From: Chthoniobacterales bacterium
GTDB lineage: Bacteria > Verrucomicrobiota > Verrucomicrobiia > Chthoniobacterales > UBA6821
DNA: 64,000 nt
Direction of reading: 5' to 3'
Assembly (NCBI GenBank): GCA_019747735.1
Contig: JAIEQL010000040.1
Location: 3,179-67,178, forward strand
Part shown: positions 36,205-45,918 of the stretch, in pieces
Layout: every line of letters begins with the position of its first letter
How positions within the stretch are numbered: the first letter of the stretch is position 1
The notes under the pieces: generated by a model
What the model was told of the DNA's origin: nothing
What the model saw: only the letters and a program-made list of their open reading frames with translations
The model's database searches: none
Made by a program: the position numbers and the translations under genes

Positions 36205-38457
36205 TTATCGGAATCTCCAAAAAAGATTTAGAAGACCATCTATGGTAATACCAAAACCAGCCATAGCATTCTCAATATCTTTTCCGTAATAAGCACAAAC
36301 AAGGCCTCCTACAATTAATCCGCCAGGGATAAGAATATCAAGAGGAGGTGGCAATAGTAGAGCAGCTTCAGCAGTAGCTTCGATAGCAGCTTCGATAGCA
36401 GGGGTAGCAGCAGCTCCTTCCTCCACGACGGCTTCTTCTAGTAAGGAAGCTGTGGTTGGCGTTGCCCTCACACCAATCCACGTTTTTAGGTATCGTTGTA
36501 TAGCCTCCGGAATGATAAGACCAAAAGTCCAATTTAAGATATTCATACTGGCAGTACTTGCATTCTCAGCAAAATAGGATGGTGACAAATCGTTCCAAGT
36601 TTGCTTAAGGCCATCCCAAAAACGAGCACCTAGTCTTAGCACTCCATACTCTACCTTATGAGCAGGTGATTCTGGTGGTGGTGGAACATTGTAGACCAAA
36701 CGGAATCCAATGGTATTGGTTTTGGTACCTATAGGAATAATCCTTCGCATCGAAGTAATACCTATTTCTCCGGTAATAGGATTAATATTACCATCAAGAC
36801 TCTCGCCACTGTCACTACTCTTTATCTCTGATTTCCACGAACCACCTCGCAGAGCAAAGTCCCATCTCGGCTTAACACTACCTTCAATCTCAATGGTAGC
36901 ATTACGAAACAAAGTCCATTGATCCACGTTCCCAGACATATCATAGAGACCAAAAGGGCTTTTCGTTTTTTTAAAAAATCCTACAGGAGTTATGTAAGGT
37001 GCATTACTCTGAGTATAATGACCATCTAAACAAAAGTTAGCATCATTATTGTTTCTTGTTGCCAGTTCTATACTATTTGTTGGTAGCTCGTCAGTTCCTG
37101 TTCCATACTTATAATAACATTGATTAGTACCTGGAAAACCATCCCAATCTACTGTTGCTTTTTGATAGTATGCAGCCTTATACCACTGGCTTTCTGTGGG
37201 AAGAGACCATCGTGCACCAACATTGGCTATCACAGTGATAGAGATAGCTCTTCCTGTTTTAATTGTTGTTACAGTTCCTTCACTAAGAGTCCCATTAAAA
37301 CTCTTGATAGGAGGATTAGTAATAGTCTTATAAATATCATTAGTTGTATAAATAATATCAAAAGCTCCCGTTTGTGTTGTCCCAGGCCCCTCTTCTCCAA
37401 GTGGTTGTCCATTTTCTATCCAGTTACAAAAAGAAGCAGCTCGGACTCCTGAAATATAGGTAATTGGAAACTTTTCTCGTCCTGGTATCACTTCATAATC
37501 ATAAGGATTGGTCTCTCCAATGCGAGTGATACAGGCAATATTACTATCAGACCCCATGTTGGTATCATACAGTTCATAACGATCATTATTGGTAGCCACT
37601 GCTTTTAAAAAAGCACAGTACTGCTGGGCAGTAACATCAGTAACGCCGATCTGAAAAACATTAGATACAGAACCCAAACCACCCCACTGGAGCTGGTCAT
37701 GTTGATTGCCAGGATCATCAATAGTCGCTAATTCAATTTTAATTGGTTTTGTATTTTTTATTATGACTGGTAGAGCATCATTTCCAGATGTAGATGAGTT
37801 ATCAGGTGAATCCATCAGAAGTGGACTTCCTCCTAGTAAAGGAATGATAGCTCTATTGTTTTCTGGACTTTCTATTGTTGATAAAGAATTGCCTATCGAA
37901 AAAGGAATACCCTTATTTTCGATCATAGCATCACTGCTATCCACACAATCTATTACAAAGTTGGCTCCACTACTCCCTAAGCCAAGCATTGGATCAACAT
38001 TACTTAATGCATTATTACTACTTAGGCGATAGTGAGCATTGGGTGTTGGTAAGAATTGAAAAGCAAGAGCATCACCTCCATTAGTTATGGAAGTTAGGTC
38101 ATAAACACCAGTTTCTGTGTTAGCATCTCCTCCTCCATTTTCCTTCCAATTACAAAACCGAGCTTGCGATATTTTATTAACATAAGTAATAGCAGCAGTG
38201 GTACCTCCTAAAATAGAATAATGATAGGCCCCAGGATGTCCATATCGCTTGATCATTGGAAGGGCATATTGCATTTCAGGATCGTAAAGATGATAAAGAT
38301 CAGTAGTGGCTACCTTGTTAAGAAAATGACAATAGTCATCAAGGGTCACGAGACTTGTAACATATTTAATATCTTCTCGTGCAGAACCAACCTGGTGAAA
38401 GGCCATTAGGAAAAAACTGCAGCAAAAAAAGAATTTTTTTAAAAAAGAAGAAACCAT
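36205..38457 (-). CDS. SUMF1/FGE (formylglycine-generating-enzyme-like) repeat protein with signal peptide and C-terminal membrane anchor
   Basis: Two N-terminal FGE half-domains (FLNKVA...ARFCNW and FLKAVA...ASFCNW) plus the C-terminal signature LYDMSGNVDQW...LRGGSW. The hydrophobic tail is ILIPGGLIVGGLVCAYYG. Confidence 0.75.
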   Translation of the reverse strand: MVSSFLKKFFFCCSFFLMAFHQVGSAREDIKYVTSLVTLDDYCHFLNKVATTDLYHLYDPEMQYALPMIKRYGHPGAYHYSILGGTTAAITYVNKISQARFCNWKENGGGDANTETGVYDLTSITNGGDALAFQFLPTPNAHYRLSSNNALSNVDPMLGLGSSGANFVIDCVDSSDAMIENKGIPFSIGNSLSTIESPENNRAIIPLLGGSPLLMDSPDNSSTSGNDALPVIIKNTKPIKIELATIDDPGNQHDQLQWGGLGSVSNVFQIGVTDVTAQQYCAFLKAVATNNDRYELYDTNMGSDSNIACITRIGETNPYDYEVIPGREKFPITYISGVRAASFCNWIENGQPLGEEGPGTTQTGAFDIIYTTNDIYKTITNPPIKSFNGTLSEGTVTTIKTGRAISITVIANVGARWSLPTESQWYKAAYYQKATVDWDGFPGTNQCYYKYGTGTDELPTNSIELATRNNNDANFCLDGHYTQSNAPYITPVGFFKKTKSPFGLYDMSGNVDQWTLFRNATIEIEGSVKPRWDFALRGGSWKSEIKSSDSGESLDGNINPITGEIGITSMRRIIPIGTKTNTIGFRLVYNVPPPPESPAHKVEYGVLRLGARFWDGLKQTWNDLSPSYFAENASTASMNILNWTFGLIIPEAIQRYLKTWIGVRATPTTASLLEEAVVEEGAAATPAIEAAIEATAEAALLLPPPLDILIPGGLIVGGLVCAYYGKDIENAMAGFGITIDGLLNLFWRFR

Positions 38458-38463
38458 ATCTCT

Positions 38464-38633
38464 TAGAGCATGTTAAATAAAACCACAGCCATTTTAGGGC
38501 ATCATTAAAAATTTTTGTAGTCGATGCAGTGCCAGGAGCTGAGGCGTACAGCGAGGGAGTGTATAGCCAATACTCGATGGAGCGAGCACTGGAGCGACGC
38601 CGTAATGCGCAATTTTAGTCTTTTCAAGACACC
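38464..38633 (+). mobile_element. MITE-like element, family A copy 3 (chimeric 3' end)
   Basis: The first 125 nt or so are collinear with copy 2. The 3' end is replaced by the module also seen at 15245..15289. It begins 6 nt upstream of the SUMF1 gene ATG. Confidence 0.75.
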
Positions 38634-38714
38634 CTCTACAGTTCGATGAGGAGTGGAGGGAAAACGGTCATTAGCTTTATGCCTCTCAATCCGTATCTTC
38701 TCTGCCTACTCTAC

Positions 38715-39314
38715 TCAAAGAAGGGAATTCAGTGGTAGTGCAGTAATGACTTTTTCAATGCGGGTATCAGGTATAAGCCAAAACAATGCCACCAGCACAT
38801 AGACTCCTCCGGCAATTCGAGGATTAATAAACGAGAGACCGATTCCAACAAGGTAAAGAAACAGAGAGGCCTTTCCCTTCCAATCGTTGCCTAAGGCCTG
38901 GCCTAATGTTGATTCACGTCCCCCCTGGTCTCTCACGATGAGATTCTGAAGGATGAAGTAAGCTTGAGCCGCCAGAAAAAGAACACCCCCATAGATTGCA
39001 TAAGGAAGTTTAGTAAAATGATTCTGACCTACCCACCCTGTAACAAAAGGAAAGAGGGAGAGCCAGAAAAGGAGATGGAGGTTCGCCCAGAGAATACCAC
39101 CAGTGACTCGGCGGCAAGCCTTAATGAGATGATGATGATTGTTCCAATAGACACCGACATAAAGAAAACTCAAGATATAGCTTAGAAAAACAGGTAAGAG
39201 TGGTCTCAAATCTGAGCACTCAGTACCGTGTGGGACCTTCATTTCGAGCACCATGATAGTAATGATGATGGCGATTACACCATCACTGAAAGCTTCAAGC
39301 CGGTTCTTTTCCAT
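38715..39314 (-). CDS. TMEM175-family potassium channel (DUF1211)
   Basis: [24 protein letters not shown] matches the RxxxFSDGV signature in TM1. Six TM segments. The start is moved to Met46 of the track ORF. Confidence 0.7.
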   Translation of the reverse strand: MEKNRLEAFSDGVIAIIITIMVLEMKVPHGTECSDLRPLLPVFLSYILSFLYVGVYWNNHHHLIKACRRVTGGILWANLHLLFWLSLFPFVTGWVGQNHFTKLPYAIYGGVLFLAAQAYFILQNLIVRDQGGRESTLGQALGNDWKGKASLFLYLVGIGLSFINPRIAGGVYVLVALFWLIPDTRIEKVITALPLNSLL

Positions 39315-39906
39315 GAATTTTAATAGCAATCTCGGCAACATGTCGGCCTTGAAAGCGAGCAATCGCCAACTCCTTCGCGCTTGGTTGTCGGGAACCGTCC
39401 GCTCCAGCAATGGTACCAGCTCCGTAGGGACTTCCCCCCTTGACCTCACTGAGATCGTTTAATTCAGGACAGGAATAAGGAACCCCAGTAAAGATCATCC
39501 CGTGATGAATCAACGTCGGCAGAAAGCTCAGGATAGTCGACTCATTGCCTCCACCGGTTCCGGTGCTGGTGAAGACACCAGCAACCTTGCCAACAAGTTC
39601 CCCTTTGACCCAGAGGCCCCCAGTCTGATCAAAAAAATTCCGCATCTGGGCGGCCATGTTGCCGAAGCGCGTAGGTGTTCCGAAGAGAAAGGCATCATAG
39701 TGGGCAAGTTCTGCTGGAGATGCGATCAATGCCTTTTGCTCGGTCTTAACTCCATGCCTCTTGGCAATCTCCTCTGACATCAGCTCGGGAACACGTTTTA
39801 TGGTTACCTCGACCCCGTCGACAGAACGGGCGCCTTCGGCCACAGCCTCGGACATAGTTTCGATGTGACCGTACATGGAGTAGTAGAGAACGAGTAGTTT
39901 TGTCAT
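39295..39906 (-). CDS. wrbA: NAD(P)H:quinone oxidoreductase, type IV (WrbA flavodoxin-like)
   Basis: [25 protein letters not shown] and the PTRFGNM...F.D motif. Confidence 0.9.
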   Translation of the reverse strand: MTKLLVLYYSMYGHIETMSEAVAEGARSVDGVEVTIKRVPELMSEEIAKRHGVKTEQKALIASPAELAHYDAFLFGTPTRFGNMAAQMRNFFDQTGGLWVKGELVGKVAGVFTSTGTGGGNESTILSFLPTLIHHGMIFTGVPYSCPELNDLSEVKGGSPYGAGTIAGADGSRQPSAKELAIARFQGRHVAEIAIKIHGKEPA

Positions 39907-40022
39907 GATGGTTTTAAGTTGAGTTTATAGTAGTAATTTTTAACAACATCGCTCTAAAAACTCGATAAAAAAGGATGTGCATGCTAGTTGGACGGGCTCT
40001 ATGTAAAGGAAGGCGCTCCCTT

Positions 40023-40913
40023 CTATCGCTTCTGCTCTTGTGAAGGTATTCTTTCTTCATTTCGCCTCTTACGCCTCGTTTTTGGAGGCTTTGCAGGTTT
40101 TTCTTGCCCAAAACAGTGAGGGCAACTTTCCTCGATTTTGAAATGAGGATGTTGTTGCTCTTCGAGTGTTAAAGGCATCTGGCACGCAAAGCACATGACA
40201 GAAGTTGTTTCTTCTAGCTGCGGATTAACACCAACGCGTTGATCAAAGACAAAGCATTCGCCTTGATAATGAGCTCCTCCACATTCTTTGAAATAATTGA
40301 GTATTCCTCCTTCGAGTTGAAACACCTGTTGAAATCCTTCTCGTTCTAAAAAAGGAGCCGCTTTTTCACAGCGAATTCCTCCTGTGCAAAAAGTCACCAT
40401 AGTTTGATTTTTCCATTCTGGAGGTAATTTTTTGATAGCCTCTGGAAAGTTTCTGAAATGACGAATTTTAGCTGGAACTGCATTTTTAAATGTTCCCATG
40501 CGTACCTCGTAATCATTGCGGGTATCCAAAAGAACGAGAGGCTTTCCTTCATCCAGCCAGGTTTTTAATGTCTGTGGCTTGAGATAGGGAGAAGTATGAC
40601 GTGCAGGGTTGATGCCCTCGACGCCAAAAGCAATGATCTCTTGTTTAACTTTTACAAGCATTCGGCGAAAGGGTTGCTTATCACTTTCACTTTCTTTGGC
40701 TGTTAAGTGAGGAAGTTCTAAGATCGTTCTCAACTCTGTCATCAACTGATCAGTGGCTTCTCTCCTGCCAGCCACAAAAAAGTTAATCCCTTCTGGAGCT
40801 AGTAAAATAGTTCCTTTGAGGTTTAATGCATGGCAGAGGTTACGAAGTTGCTCTCGAAGTTGAGGGAGATTTTCAAGAACTAGAAAATGATAACAAGAGA
40901 GGTTAATGAACAT
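40023..40913 (-). CDS. trhO: Rhodanese-domain tRNA uridine(34) hydroxylase (UPF0176/YceA family)
   Basis: LLAPEGIN, the rhodanese loop FCTGGIRCEKA and a C-terminal Cys cluster. The start is moved to Met14. Confidence 0.75.
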   Translation of the reverse strand: MFINLSCYHFLVLENLPQLREQLRNLCHALNLKGTILLAPEGINFFVAGRREATDQLMTELRTILELPHLTAKESESDKQPFRRMLVKVKQEIIAFGVEGINPARHTSPYLKPQTLKTWLDEGKPLVLLDTRNDYEVRMGTFKNAVPAKIRHFRNFPEAIKKLPPEWKNQTMVTFCTGGIRCEKAAPFLEREGFQQVFQLEGGILNYFKECGGAHYQGECFVFDQRVGVNPQLEETTSVMCFACQMPLTLEEQQHPHFKIEESCPHCFGQEKPAKPPKTRRKRRNEERIPSQEQKR

Positions 40914-40972
40914 GAAAGGGTGGAGAGTTAACTGACAACTGAGAACCGACAACAGGCAACTTCATTATTGAT

Positions 40973-42034
40973 TTATTCAACAATGCAGCTAAGTACATTC
41001 ACCGATTCAATTTCGGCTGTTTGAGGAAACATATCCAGTGGCACTGATTTTGTAAGATGATAAGAGCTTGAAAGGCGCTTGATATCTCGTGCTAACGTTG
41101 CTGGGTTGCAAGAAACATAAATAAGTTTTGTCGGTGGAGCTTGAAGGATGGCCTGCACAACAAGTTGAGAAACTCCTTCTGAAGGAGGGTCAAGGATTAG
41201 CGTGCATGGACCTTCAGAGACCGTAACAAGGGCTTGTGGCAGCATTTCTTCCACACTTCCTTCCAAAAATTCTTCGTGAGGAGAGGCTTCTTTTCGGGCC
41301 AGAGCAACAGAACCTTCTGAACGCTCAATGCCAATCACCTTTTGAAAGCGAGATGCTAGCGCATGGGCAAAAAAACCTGCCCCACAGTAAGCATCAATGA
41401 GTGATGCACCTTCACCTGCTTCTCGGCAGACTTCTTCTAGTAAAAGCCCAGCAACACTATTATTGACCTGGCGAAATCCTCCGTAGCGCTTTTTTTCTGC
41501 GAGAAGATAATCACCATCACGCACTCTTGCTGCGCGAAGCTTGCTGAGTGCTTGATTGACCTCCTGCGAAGCTAGTAAACAAGCGTCGATTGGGACTATT
41601 ACTTTTTCTTGTTCGCGAAAAAAACCAACTTCTCCATCACGAACATGAACCGTAATCCGGTTGCGATAATGGAATGGTTCTGGTGAAGGAATGATGGTGG
41701 CTACTGGAGGTTGAGGAATTCCAGCAATGCGTTGGAGGGCATCGCGCAGTTGCTTTTCTTTGATCTGCACTTGATGCGCATAATCAATATGTTGGTAAGC
41801 ACATCCTCCACATTTTAAAAAATAAGGGCAGGGTGATTCTTGCCTATGAGGAGAAGGTTTCAGGACCTCCAGAAGGTCTGCTTCTAGAAATTGCTTCCGT
41901 TTTTTGCGCACACGTACCCTAACCTTTTCGCCATCGATAACGCCTTTGGTGAAGCAAACCATTCCATCAATCCTCCCTACGCCTTTGCCACCAAAAGCCA
42001 CATCCAAAATAGAAACCTCTCCTTCCTCCATCAT
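40973..42034 (-). CDS. TRAM-domain RNA (uracil-C5)-methyltransferase, RlmD/TrmA family (short form)
   Basis: N-terminal TRAM-like region, Fe-S Cys cluster CPYFLKCGGCAYQH, SAM motif DAYCGAGFF and catalytic YVSCNPATLARD. Confidence 0.7.
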   Translation of the reverse strand: MMEEGEVSILDVAFGGKGVGRIDGMVCFTKGVIDGEKVRVRVRKKRKQFLEADLLEVLKPSPHRQESPCPYFLKCGGCAYQHIDYAHQVQIKEKQLRDALQRIAGIPQPPVATIIPSPEPFHYRNRITVHVRDGEVGFFREQEKVIVPIDACLLASQEVNQALSKLRAARVRDGDYLLAEKKRYGGFRQVNNSVAGLLLEEVCREAGEGASLIDAYCGAGFFAHALASRFQKVIGIERSEGSVALARKEASPHEEFLEGSVEEMLPQALVTVSEGPCTLILDPPSEGVSQLVVQAILQAPPTKLIYVSCNPATLARDIKRLSSSYHLTKSVPLDMFPQTAEIESVNVLSCIVE

Positions 42035-43089
42035 GGCTGTTTGTTAAACACTTCTTCTGCTAGTAAATCAGCTGCAGAAGCAGTTGCTATCTGATGTTTC
42101 TCTGCATAAGAAAAAACAAGAGCAAGTTTTTCTGCGATTTTTTCTGTATGTTTTAAAACATGATTTTCGGAAAAGGGGGTGCCATCACGTGTAGCATATT
42201 CGTAATAGACGCGAATAAGACCACCTGCATTGATCACATAGTCGGGAGCGTAAAGAATATTGGCATCACTTAATAAAACCCCATGATAAGCTTCTTTGAG
42301 CTGATTATTAGCGGCTCCAGCAATGATGGAAACTTTAAGGCGTTGAATGGTTTTGTCATTAATGACCGCTCCTAAGGCGCAAGGAGCAAAAACGTCCGTC
42401 TCGGCATCGTAGATGGCATCAGGGTCAACAGCGATGGCTCCAAAGTTTTCTACAGCTTGCTCAATTTTGTGATTATCTTTATCGGTGACATACAAGTGAA
42501 CTCCTTGGTCATGCAACAGCTTGCAAAGATGATATCCAACATGACCAAGCCCTTGCACAGAGACTTTGAGGCCACGTAGCTCTTCGCGGTGAAGGCGGTG
42601 TTTTACGGCTGCCTTAATACCAATGAAGACACCATAAGCAGTGGTTGGGGAGGGATCTCCTGAACCTTTGTTGTCATGAAAAAGGCCTGTGACGTAATCA
42701 CACGATTCACTCATGATGTTCATATCCTCCACGCTTGTTCCCACATCTTCTGCAACGATGTAATTTCCCTTAAAAGATTGGACGCACTTTGCCATGCTTC
42801 GCATCATGTCAGCGCGTTGCTGAGTTTTAGAATGACCAATGATGACCGATTTTCCTCCACCGAGAGGAACGTCTGCTAGAGCGGCTTTGTAGGTCATCCC
42901 TTTGGAAAGACGAAGGACATCATAGAGTGCCTCTTCATCATTTTTATAAGGCCACATACGGCATCCCCCTAAAGCAGGTCCCAAGTTGCTATTATGAATT
43001 GCAACGATGGCTCTTAACCCTGTTACTGGGCAGCTAAAAAAGGAAACTTGTTCATGATTGTCGAATTGGGAGTGAGTAAAAAACGGCAT
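42031..43089 (-). CDS. ldh: Leucine (Glu/Leu/Phe/Val family) dehydrogenase
   Basis: Active-site region KGMTYKAALADVPLGGGKSV, Rossmann motif GLGHVG, and 352 aa. Confidence 0.8.
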   Translation of the reverse strand: MPFFTHSQFDNHEQVSFFSCPVTGLRAIVAIHNSNLGPALGGCRMWPYKNDEEALYDVLRLSKGMTYKAALADVPLGGGKSVIIGHSKTQQRADMMRSMAKCVQSFKGNYIVAEDVGTSVEDMNIMSESCDYVTGLFHDNKGSGDPSPTTAYGVFIGIKAAVKHRLHREELRGLKVSVQGLGHVGYHLCKLLHDQGVHLYVTDKDNHKIEQAVENFGAIAVDPDAIYDAETDVFAPCALGAVINDKTIQRLKVSIIAGAANNQLKEAYHGVLLSDANILYAPDYVINAGGLIRVYYEYATRDGTPFSENHVLKHTEKIAEKLALVFSYAEKHQIATASAADLLAEEVFNKQP

Positions 43090-43170
43090 GCAGAAAAATT
43101 TAGAGCTTTAACGCTTACATTACCAGTCTCTAAATTTTGAAAGAACATCTAACTTTTTCCTTGCCGTTAC

Positions 43171-43722
43171 TTGCTCTTCACACCAGTTTTCTCAACCATG
43201 ATTCCTTCCGATAATTTTCATTATGCACTCGAAAACACACGAGTCATCGTTCCTCCTTCGAGTTTTATTGAAACTTTTGGTCAAACCTCTTTTCAATTTC
43301 ACCTTGTGACAGAGCCTATGGATGAAGTAGGAGCGGTTCGCATTCGCGCTGGAAGAATTTCTGCAGAGCGTCCCCGTATCATGAGCCCTCAGCATATTGA
43401 GCAATTTCTTTTGGAAGGATTTGGTGAAAAGGCCCATCAATTCTTGGAGTTTTTAGAATCGCATTCAGAGCATTTTAAGATCCTGCGTTACGGTTTTATT
43501 TTTAAGAAAACAGATGTTTCTGAAACTCTCCTTCAAGAGCCAAAAGAAAAAGTATTATATCGCCTCAAGGAGGAAATTGAGCAAGGCGAAGATCGTATGG
43601 TCACCTTAATCGAAGGGATTGACGATGCGTGGGAGGCGTGTCTGATTAAATTTACGATGGACTTGATTCAGCGCTCTACTCAGGGCAATCTAGCTGAATG
43701 GAAAAAGAGGGGCTTTATTTAG
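43171..43722 (+). CDS. Hypothetical protein (183 aa)
   Basis: Long ORF with neighbour-compatible spacing. No recognised motif, and the start is uncertain (TTG 43171 or ATG 43198). Confidence 0.4.
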   Translation: MLFTPVFSTMIPSDNFHYALENTRVIVPPSSFIETFGQTSFQFHLVTEPMDEVGAVRIRAGRISAERPRIMSPQHIEQFLLEGFGEKAHQFLEFLESHSEHFKILRYGFIFKKTDVSETLLQEPKEKVLYRLKEEIEQGEDRMVTLIEGIDDAWEACLIKFTMDLIQRSTQGNLAEWKKRGFI

Positions 43723-43762
43723 AGTTTTGTCCAAGAATGATAAAAAACAGAAGAACTATTCA

Positions 43763-44004
43763 CAGGGATGGAAGCGATAGAAGGGATGGCAGAAAAAAAT
43801 GAATAGCCACAAAAGAACACAAAGAAACGCAAAGATGCCAAACAAAAAAATGTCAGCGGTGTCAGCGGAATAATTAGCTAACTTTAAAAAAATAATGTGC
43901 CTTTTTCTTTGAGTTCCTTTGAGTTCTTTTGTGGCTATTTCTTACATTGATTTTGGACAGAAATGACTCAAACTTCTTTATCCCTTCTATCGCTTCCATC
44001 TCTG
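43763..44004. repeat. 242-bp doubly nested palindrome of GGATGGAAGC and CACAAAG word arrays
   Basis: Outer arms are cagggatggaagcgatagaagggat / atcccttctatcgcttccatctctg. Middle arms are aatagccacaaaagaacacaaagaaacgcaaag / ctttgagttcctttgagttcttttgtggctatt. Confidence 0.8.
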
Positions 44005-44026
44005 TTAGTTTCTTTTTTTTAAAAAT

Positions 44027-44926
44027 ATGCGCATTTTCAAAATTGCTCTTCTCTTCATCGTTGGTTTTTGCCTTTTTGGATCAGTAGGGTTTTTTGCTTA
44101 CCAGGTTTTTTGGAAGCCTTATGGCAAATCTCTTTCCTGTTCTTTTTTATGCAGGAAAAAAAGTAATGCTCCCACAACTTCCTTGCCAGTTGCTGATCCT
44201 TCCTTAAGAGATTTTGAAAGTGCGGTGGCCTTACAGCAGGAGGGAAAGTTGTTGGAGGCACAGCAGGCCTGGCAATCATGGCTACAGACTTATCCTAACT
44301 CAGCCAAAAAAAAGGAAGTGCTAGATGCTTTAGGAAAAATAAATATGGAGCAGCTCTCTTCTCCCTCTTCAGCAGCAGATAAGGAAGTTTATACTGTCAT
44401 CAAAGGAGATTCTCTAGACCGCATTGCGCGTAAGAAAAAATCGAATGCGGAGCTGATTCAAAAAATCAATGGGCTCTCTGGCATCAATCTTCAAATTGGA
44501 GAAACACTTCTTATTCCTCAGCTCCAAATAAGCATGGAGATCGATCGTCAAGAAGGTCTGCTCTTGCTACGTAACAAAGGAGCTTTTTTTAAAAGTTACT
44601 CATTGCTCTCTATCCCTCCTGGGGGAAGCTCTGAGAAGCCTCTAGAAACAGTCATTGTCGATAGGATCGCGATGAATGGAAACAAACGAACTGCTTTTGG
44701 AGATAAAAAATATCCAGAGAGCCAGCAGATGATTCTCCTTCGTTCTGCAGGTAACATTGTGACTGCTACTCCTAAACCACCGACAACCACTGCTGCTACT
44801 TCTCTCTCATCCACCACTGCTGCTGCCTCTAGTGAAGCCATGCCACCAGGATTTGTCCTCGCTCCCACGGACATGAGGGAAGTTTTTCTATTTGTTTCTC
44901 AAGGTACGCCTGTGATGATTCGCTGA
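44027..44926 (+). CDS. LysM-domain membrane-anchored protein
   Basis: N-terminal TM helix and a LysM domain, YTVIKGDSLDRIARKKKSNAELIQKINGLSGINLQIGETLLIP. Confidence 0.7.
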   Translation: MRIFKIALLFIVGFCLFGSVGFFAYQVFWKPYGKSLSCSFLCRKKSNAPTTSLPVADPSLRDFESAVALQQEGKLLEAQQAWQSWLQTYPNSAKKKEVLDALGKINMEQLSSPSSAADKEVYTVIKGDSLDRIARKKKSNAELIQKINGLSGINLQIGETLLIPQLQISMEIDRQEGLLLLRNKGAFFKSYSLLSIPPGGSSEKPLETVIVDRIAMNGNKRTAFGDKKYPESQQMILLRSAGNIVTATPKPPTTTAATSLSSTTAAASSEAMPPGFVLAPTDMREVFLFVSQGTPVMIR

Positions 44927-44970
44927 GCGTTATTGAATGAATCAACAACTTTTACCTTCAACTTATTTTC

Positions 44971-45918
44971 ATGACTCCACAACCTCTCGATTTTGAACAA
45001 CCGTTACTTGAGTTAGAGAAACGCCTCGCAGAGCTCATTTCACGGACTCCTGAAGATACAAAACGCATTGCCAGCATTCAGGAAAAAATCGTCCTTATGC
45101 GTGAAGATCTCTACAAAAATTTAACACCATGGCAGCGCGTCCTCATCGCGCGCCATCCTGCACGTCCTTATGCTCTCGATTATGTAGAGCGCTGCTTTAG
45201 CGATTTTGTCGAGCTCCATGGAGATCGCTACTATGGCGATGACAAGGCGATGCCTGCAGGCATTGCGCGTCTAGGAAAATACCACTGCGTCGTGATTGCT
45301 CAGCAAAAGGGACGTGATGTGAAAGAAAATGTATTGCGCAATTTTGGGTGTGCTCATCCAGAGGGATACCGCAAGGCACTTCGGTTAATGCGTCTGGCAG
45401 AAAAATTTTCGCTTCCTGTCATCACTCTGATTGATACTCCAGGTGCCTTCCCGGGGATTGGGGCGGAAGAACGCCACATTGCAGAAGCCATTGCTGTGAA
45501 TTTGCGAGAGATGATGATTTTAAAAACACCGATTGTTTCTATTGTGATTGGGGAAGGGGGCTCAGGTGGCGCTTTGGGAATAGGGGTTGCGGATCGCCTC
45601 TTGATGATGGAAAACGCCTACTACTCCGTGATTAGTCCGGAGGGATGTGCTGCCATTCTTTGGAAACATCGCAAACATGCTCCAGAAGCAGCGGCTGCGC
45701 TCAAGTTAACAGCTCATGATATGAAACAGCTTGAGCTCATTGATGGTATCATTGAAGAACCAATGGGAGGAGCTCATCACGATCTTAATAAAACAGCTGC
45801 TGCTCTCAAGAGTGCCATAGAATCAGCTCTCGAGGAACTTACAAACACGAAACTCCCAGCTCTATTAGAAGAGCGCTATGCTAAGTTTCGCAAGATGGGT
45901 GTTTTTTCGGAAGAATGA
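44971..45918 (+). CDS. accA: Acetyl-CoA carboxylase carboxyltransferase subunit alpha
   Basis: RHPARPY, DTPGAFPG, EERHIAEAIA and GEGGSGGALG. Confidence 0.9.
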   Translation: MTPQPLDFEQPLLELEKRLAELISRTPEDTKRIASIQEKIVLMREDLYKNLTPWQRVLIARHPARPYALDYVERCFSDFVELHGDRYYGDDKAMPAGIARLGKYHCVVIAQQKGRDVKENVLRNFGCAHPEGYRKALRLMRLAEKFSLPVITLIDTPGAFPGIGAEERHIAEAIAVNLREMMILKTPIVSIVIGEGGSGGALGIGVADRLLMMENAYYSVISPEGCAAILWKHRKHAPEAAAALKLTAHDMKQLELIDGIIEEPMGGAHHDLNKTAAALKSAIESALEELTNTKLPALLEERYAKFRKMGVFSEE

